Below, one piece after another: positions 60,724 through 64,000 of a stretch of 64,000 bases of DNA. The stretch comes from Candidatus Zhuqueibacterota bacterium. GTDB taxonomy: Bacteria > Zhuqueibacterota > Zhuqueibacteria > Thermofontimicrobiales > Thermofontimicrobiaceae. The stretch lies in NCBI GenBank assembly GCA_049322915.1, contig JBMOPW010000044.1, positions 32,001 through 96,000 on the forward strand, read 5' to 3'. How positions within the stretch are numbered: position 1 is the first letter of the stretch; each line of letters starts with the position of its first letter. The position numbers were made by a program, and so were the translations under genes. Below the pieces are notes generated by a model, which saw only the letters and a program-made list of their open reading frames with translations, was not told the origin of the DNA and made no database searches.

Positions 60724-61740
60724 ATGAAAGAAGCCATGTTTTATCATGCGATCGATGATAAAACCATTCAATGCGATTTATGTCCCCATCGATGTAAACT
60801 GAAAGACAATCAATTCGGGATATGCGGGGTGCGTCAAAATCGTTCGGGCGCTTTGTATTCGTTGGTTTACGGTCGTGCTATTGCGATGCATGTAGACCCC
60901 ATTGAAAAAAAACCCCTCTTCCACGTTTCTCCCGGCTCTCAATCCTTTTCAATCGCAACGGCAGGCTGCAATTTCAAGTGTAAATTTTGCCAGAATTATG
61001 AAATTTCCCAATTGCGAGATGCTGAGAATTTAATGCAGATTGGGCAGGAATTGGAGCCCGCTGAAATCGTTGCATCGGCGAAACAGTCTGGCTGCGCATC
61101 TATCGCTTACACCTATACCGAGCCGACTGTGTATTTTGAATATGCCTGGGATACTGCAAAATTAGCCCATCGGGAAAATATCCTGAACATATTTGTCAGC
61201 AACGGTTTTATCAGCGAAGAACCGCTTTACATGATGCACGATGTATTGAATGCACTGAATGTGGATTTGAAAAGCTATCGAGATGAGTTTTATAAAAAAA
61301 ATGTTGGTGCGCGTCTGACCCCTGTTCTGGATGCGCTTCGGGTTATGAAAAAGCTGAAATTCTGGATTGAAATAACTACACTGATCATCCCGGGTGAGAA
61401 TGATTCAAAAGATGAATTGACCGATATCGCCACATTCATTCGGACTGAATTAGGCCCGGAAGTGCCCTGGCACATCAGTCGCTTTTATCCGCATTACAAA
61501 TTTTCGCATTATCCTCCCACGCCGATTGCTACACTCAAATCAGCCTACGAAATCGGAAAGCAGCAGGGATTGCGTTACGTCTATCTGGGCAATGCTCCGG
61601 GTGAAAAAGAAGAGAACACCTATTGCTATCATTGCGGGAGATTGCTCATTGAACGGCGAGGTTTTCAAATCACTCAGTATCACGTGATCGATGGCGCGTG
61701 TCAATACTGCCATACGCCACTCGATGGTCTGAAGGTATAG
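60724..61740 (+). CDS. amrS: AmmeMemoRadiSam system radical SAM enzyme
   Basis: CDLCPHRC...CGVR, DPIEKKPLFH, CNFKCKFCQN, YTYTEP, WHISRFYP, VYLGN, C-terminal CxxC pairs. Confidence 0.93.
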   Translation: MKEAMFYHAIDDKTIQCDLCPHRCKLKDNQFGICGVRQNRSGALYSLVYGRAIAMHVDPIEKKPLFHVSPGSQSFSIATAGCNFKCKFCQNYEISQLRDAENLMQIGQELEPAEIVASAKQSGCASIAYTYTEPTVYFEYAWDTAKLAHRENILNIFVSNGFISEEPLYMMHDVLNALNVDLKSYRDEFYKKNVGARLTPVLDALRVMKKLKFWIEITTLIIPGENDSKDELTDIATFIRTELGPEVPWHISRFYPHYKFSHYPPTPIATLKSAYEIGKQQGLRYVYLGNAPGEKEENTYCYHCGRLLIERRGFQITQYHVIDGACQYCHTPLDGLKV

Positions 61741-61999
61741 TTACAGCTTGCTGCGCTGCTTTGAGGATTCTTGTCATAACTCCAAATTTCAATTTTCGGC
61801 AAGTATTTTTCATGCGGGATATTGTCCAACATAAAGCCAATGGTGAAACCGGAAATTGCCGCGATTGTTACACCAAGACAGCCTGCTCCACCCGTATTGT
61901 TTTTCATGCCAGCGGGGGAAGCGCTGATCCCAACTGTGGAACACCCTTCAAGCACAGTAAATGACATGATAAATTTGAGTCAACCAGCCTGTTTAAATT

Positions 62000-62331
62000 G
62001 AAACTATTCAGCCGCGTAGTCTCAAGGCACAAAGAAAAGAAACTTCAACCTGAATTATTCATGAACTTGCTCAGAATTTGAGTCAACATTCAGATTTTCA
62101 ATTAGCTAAAGGCTAAGCTATTTTGAAACTCAGTTTATATACGTTTATTCTAAAAAGAGCACCATTCAGGTTAGCCAGCCTCCTTTAAAAATACAATGAA
62201 TAATGCAGGCTAAAAGGATGAATTCTGAAAAGTTGAATTTGGTTTTAAAACAATTGAATTAGAAATTGACATCTTCACGTAACTTCGTGACTTGGAGTCT
62301 TTGCGGTAAGAAAACATGCCTGAATAGTAGC
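62000..62331. mobile_element. MITE-like element, copy 2, with 8-bp target-site duplication
   Basis: TIR core ACTATTCAG / CTGAATAGT; flanked by direct TTTAAATT (61992-61999 and 62332-62339); homologous to 149-450 in inverted orientation. Confidence 0.8.
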
Positions 62332-62687
62332 TTTAAATTAAAATTATGTAATAAGAAATATTGTTCTTGACTTTATCGCGTCTTGAATAGTATTTTAATA
62401 TGGCTTTTCACTTATTAAAAAATTAGGGACAAATCGGATACGTCGCAGCATTTGATATTTGGAGATCGAGTTCAATCCTGAGTGAATGGCTGGCCATAAT
62501 TCCATTAAGTGAAGCGAAAAAAGATCACCCGCATGTATTGAGATTTTAAGAAGAGCAATTCAGGAATTCGAAAAGCTGCCGATATATTAACTATAAAATC
62601 TTGTCCTGGTTATGCAATTATAAAAATGCAATAAGTGTCGCCAAGCCAATACCCTGGTTCCCTTAATTCAGGCACATCATTTTTTTA

Positions 62688-64000
62688 ATGAATAACGCGC
62701 ACACCAAAATGACAAATCTCAAAGAAAAGAAGGCATCCCCAAAACAGCACGTGATTTCCAGCGAAACAGGAATGCAAATTCCCCAGCCGAGTTATATTCA
62801 AAACAGTAAATTGCTATCTGAGCTTCTTCATGAAATTAATAAGATGGTTCAATTTTCGTGGGGTGGATTATTTTTTTATTACGAGACCGATGGCCGACTG
62901 AGATTGGCTCATTATCTTGGACAGAATCCGCAGGGAAGAAATCAGGATGTCAATGCGTTCGCGCTGTGGGTCGCCAGTCACAAAGAGTCGTTGTTGATTT
63001 CCGATTTCAGAGAGGAGAAGCGGTTCAGACAGGAGGCTGATTTGGCTTCGGTGCTGTTTGTGCCGGTGCTGCTTCAGGATGCGTGCATTGGAGTCATTGG
63101 GCTGGAACGTCGGGAGCAGCGAGCGTTCAGCCATGAAGAATTAGCGCTTGTCTCCCAGTACGCTGAAATTGCCACCAAGGAGATCGAGGATGTCATTCGT
63201 TTTCGCGAATTAGAAGAAAGAGCAAGTCAACTCCATACACTCGTGGAAATCGGCCAGGCATTGGCGTCTGTGCTCAATCTGAATGAGCTGTTCGAGAAAA
63301 TTTATGAGCAGGTTGGATTGGTGATGGATGTGGATGCTTTTTTCATTTGCTGTTACGAGCCTGAAAACGATTATGTCACCATGGAGTTTGTCATGGATGA
63401 AAAGAAGCGGTTCGATAGGATCAAAGAACCGCTGGGGCCAGGCGTTGCCAGCCAGGCGATTCGCCAGAAACGAGCTATAGTGCTCAACCGGACGGTTGAG
63501 GAATACGAGAAACTGAAACTGTCCGACGCCAATCCGTTTGGGAACAGAACGCGGCTTTGCCGGTCATTAATTGCTGCGCCAATCATGCTGCGCGACAAGG
63601 TCATTGGCGCGATATCCGCACAAAGCTACCGATTCAATAGTTACTCGCAGCAGCAAATGGAATTGCTTGCAGCAATTGGCAATCAATCGGCAGTGGCCAT
63701 AGAGAACGCCAGGCTCTACGAGCGCGAAAAAATGATGGTCTCTGAATTGACGGCAATTAAGCAGATCGACCGCGAAATTACATCCACACTGGACGTGGAC
63801 GAGATGGTGAAAGCGGTGGCGAACACCATTATCAGACACACGAAATTTGATTATGTCTCCATTTTCATTGTGGATCATGACAGGAATACACTGGTGAAAA
63901 AGGCCGCTGCAACTCGCACTAAAACCAATGATTTGCCAATTGGCTTTGAGGTCAGTTTTGACCAGGGGTTAATTGGCTGGACAGCTCGAAATCGAAAGAC
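62688..64000 (+). CDS. Multi-GAF sensory protein, truncated by the window edge
   Basis: Open frame from ATG 62688/62709 to the edge; GAF signatures SVLFVPVLLQDACIGVI, SLIAAPIMLRDKVIGAI, QSAVAIENARLYE, GLIGWTA. Confidence 0.88.
   Translation, partial: MNNAHTKMTNLKEKKASPKQHVISSETGMQIPQPSYIQNSKLLSELLHEINKMVQFSWGGLFFYYETDGRLRLAHYLGQNPQGRNQDVNAFALWVASHKESLLISDFREEKRFRQEADLASVLFVPVLLQDACIGVIGLERREQRAFSHEELALVSQYAEIATKEIEDVIRFRELEERASQLHTLVEIGQALASVLNLNELFEKIYEQVGLVMDVDAFFICCYEPENDYVTMEFVMDEKKRFDRIKEPLGPGVASQAIRQKRAIVLNRTVEEYEKLKLSDANPFGNRTRLCRSLIAAPIMLRDKVIGAISAQSYRFNSYSQQQMELLAAIGNQSAVAIENARLYEREKMMVSELTAIKQIDREITSTLDVDEMVKAVANTIIRHTKFDYVSIFIVDHDRNTLVKKAAATRTKTNDLPIGFEVSFDQGLIGWTARNRK

Noticed and set aside
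61701..61967. 88-aa minus-strand ORF with a Gly-rich hydrophobic stretch
   Set aside because: Overlaps the amrS 3' end, lacks a clear RBS or family; could be a remnant next to the MITE but is unsupported
1..64000. CRISPR arrays, rRNA, prophage, defence systems, autonomous IS
   Set aside because: No regularly spaced repeats or hallmark genes were recognised

Overview
A gene-dense chromosomal segment from a diderm bacterium, with about 55 CDS. It is probably an FCB-superphylum lineage such as KSB1 or Calditrichota; this is inferred from PorV, PorW/SprE-like and FlgD-Ig/T9SS-CTD proteins together with sigma70-type promoters and Shine-Dalgarno sites. Most of the content is housekeeping: trxB, accBC-gcvH-gcvPA, gatAB, tatA x2, pssA/psd, purBC, htrA, tal, truA, ecfT, nfeD-floA, cdsA, pyrKD, cobB, queH and amrS. 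It also holds secreted proteases (S1, M23, S8), a PorV-led outer-membrane cluster, an OPT transporter paired with a PqqD/RRE-like gene, an HTH + ExeA-like ATPase pair and a truncated multi-GAF gene. I found no rRNA, intact tRNA, CRISPR array or transposase. The best leads are: (1) a PorV / dead M6 protease / gluzincin-propeller-Omp85 / two DUF5683-like cluster; (2) the OPT + standalone RRE pair; (3) a MITE family with a TSD and a nested REP element; (4) several strongly structured intergenic RNAs; (5) a PurC and a xylose-isomerase-like enzyme with active-site substitutions. All annotations come from motif recognition by eye; no database search was run.
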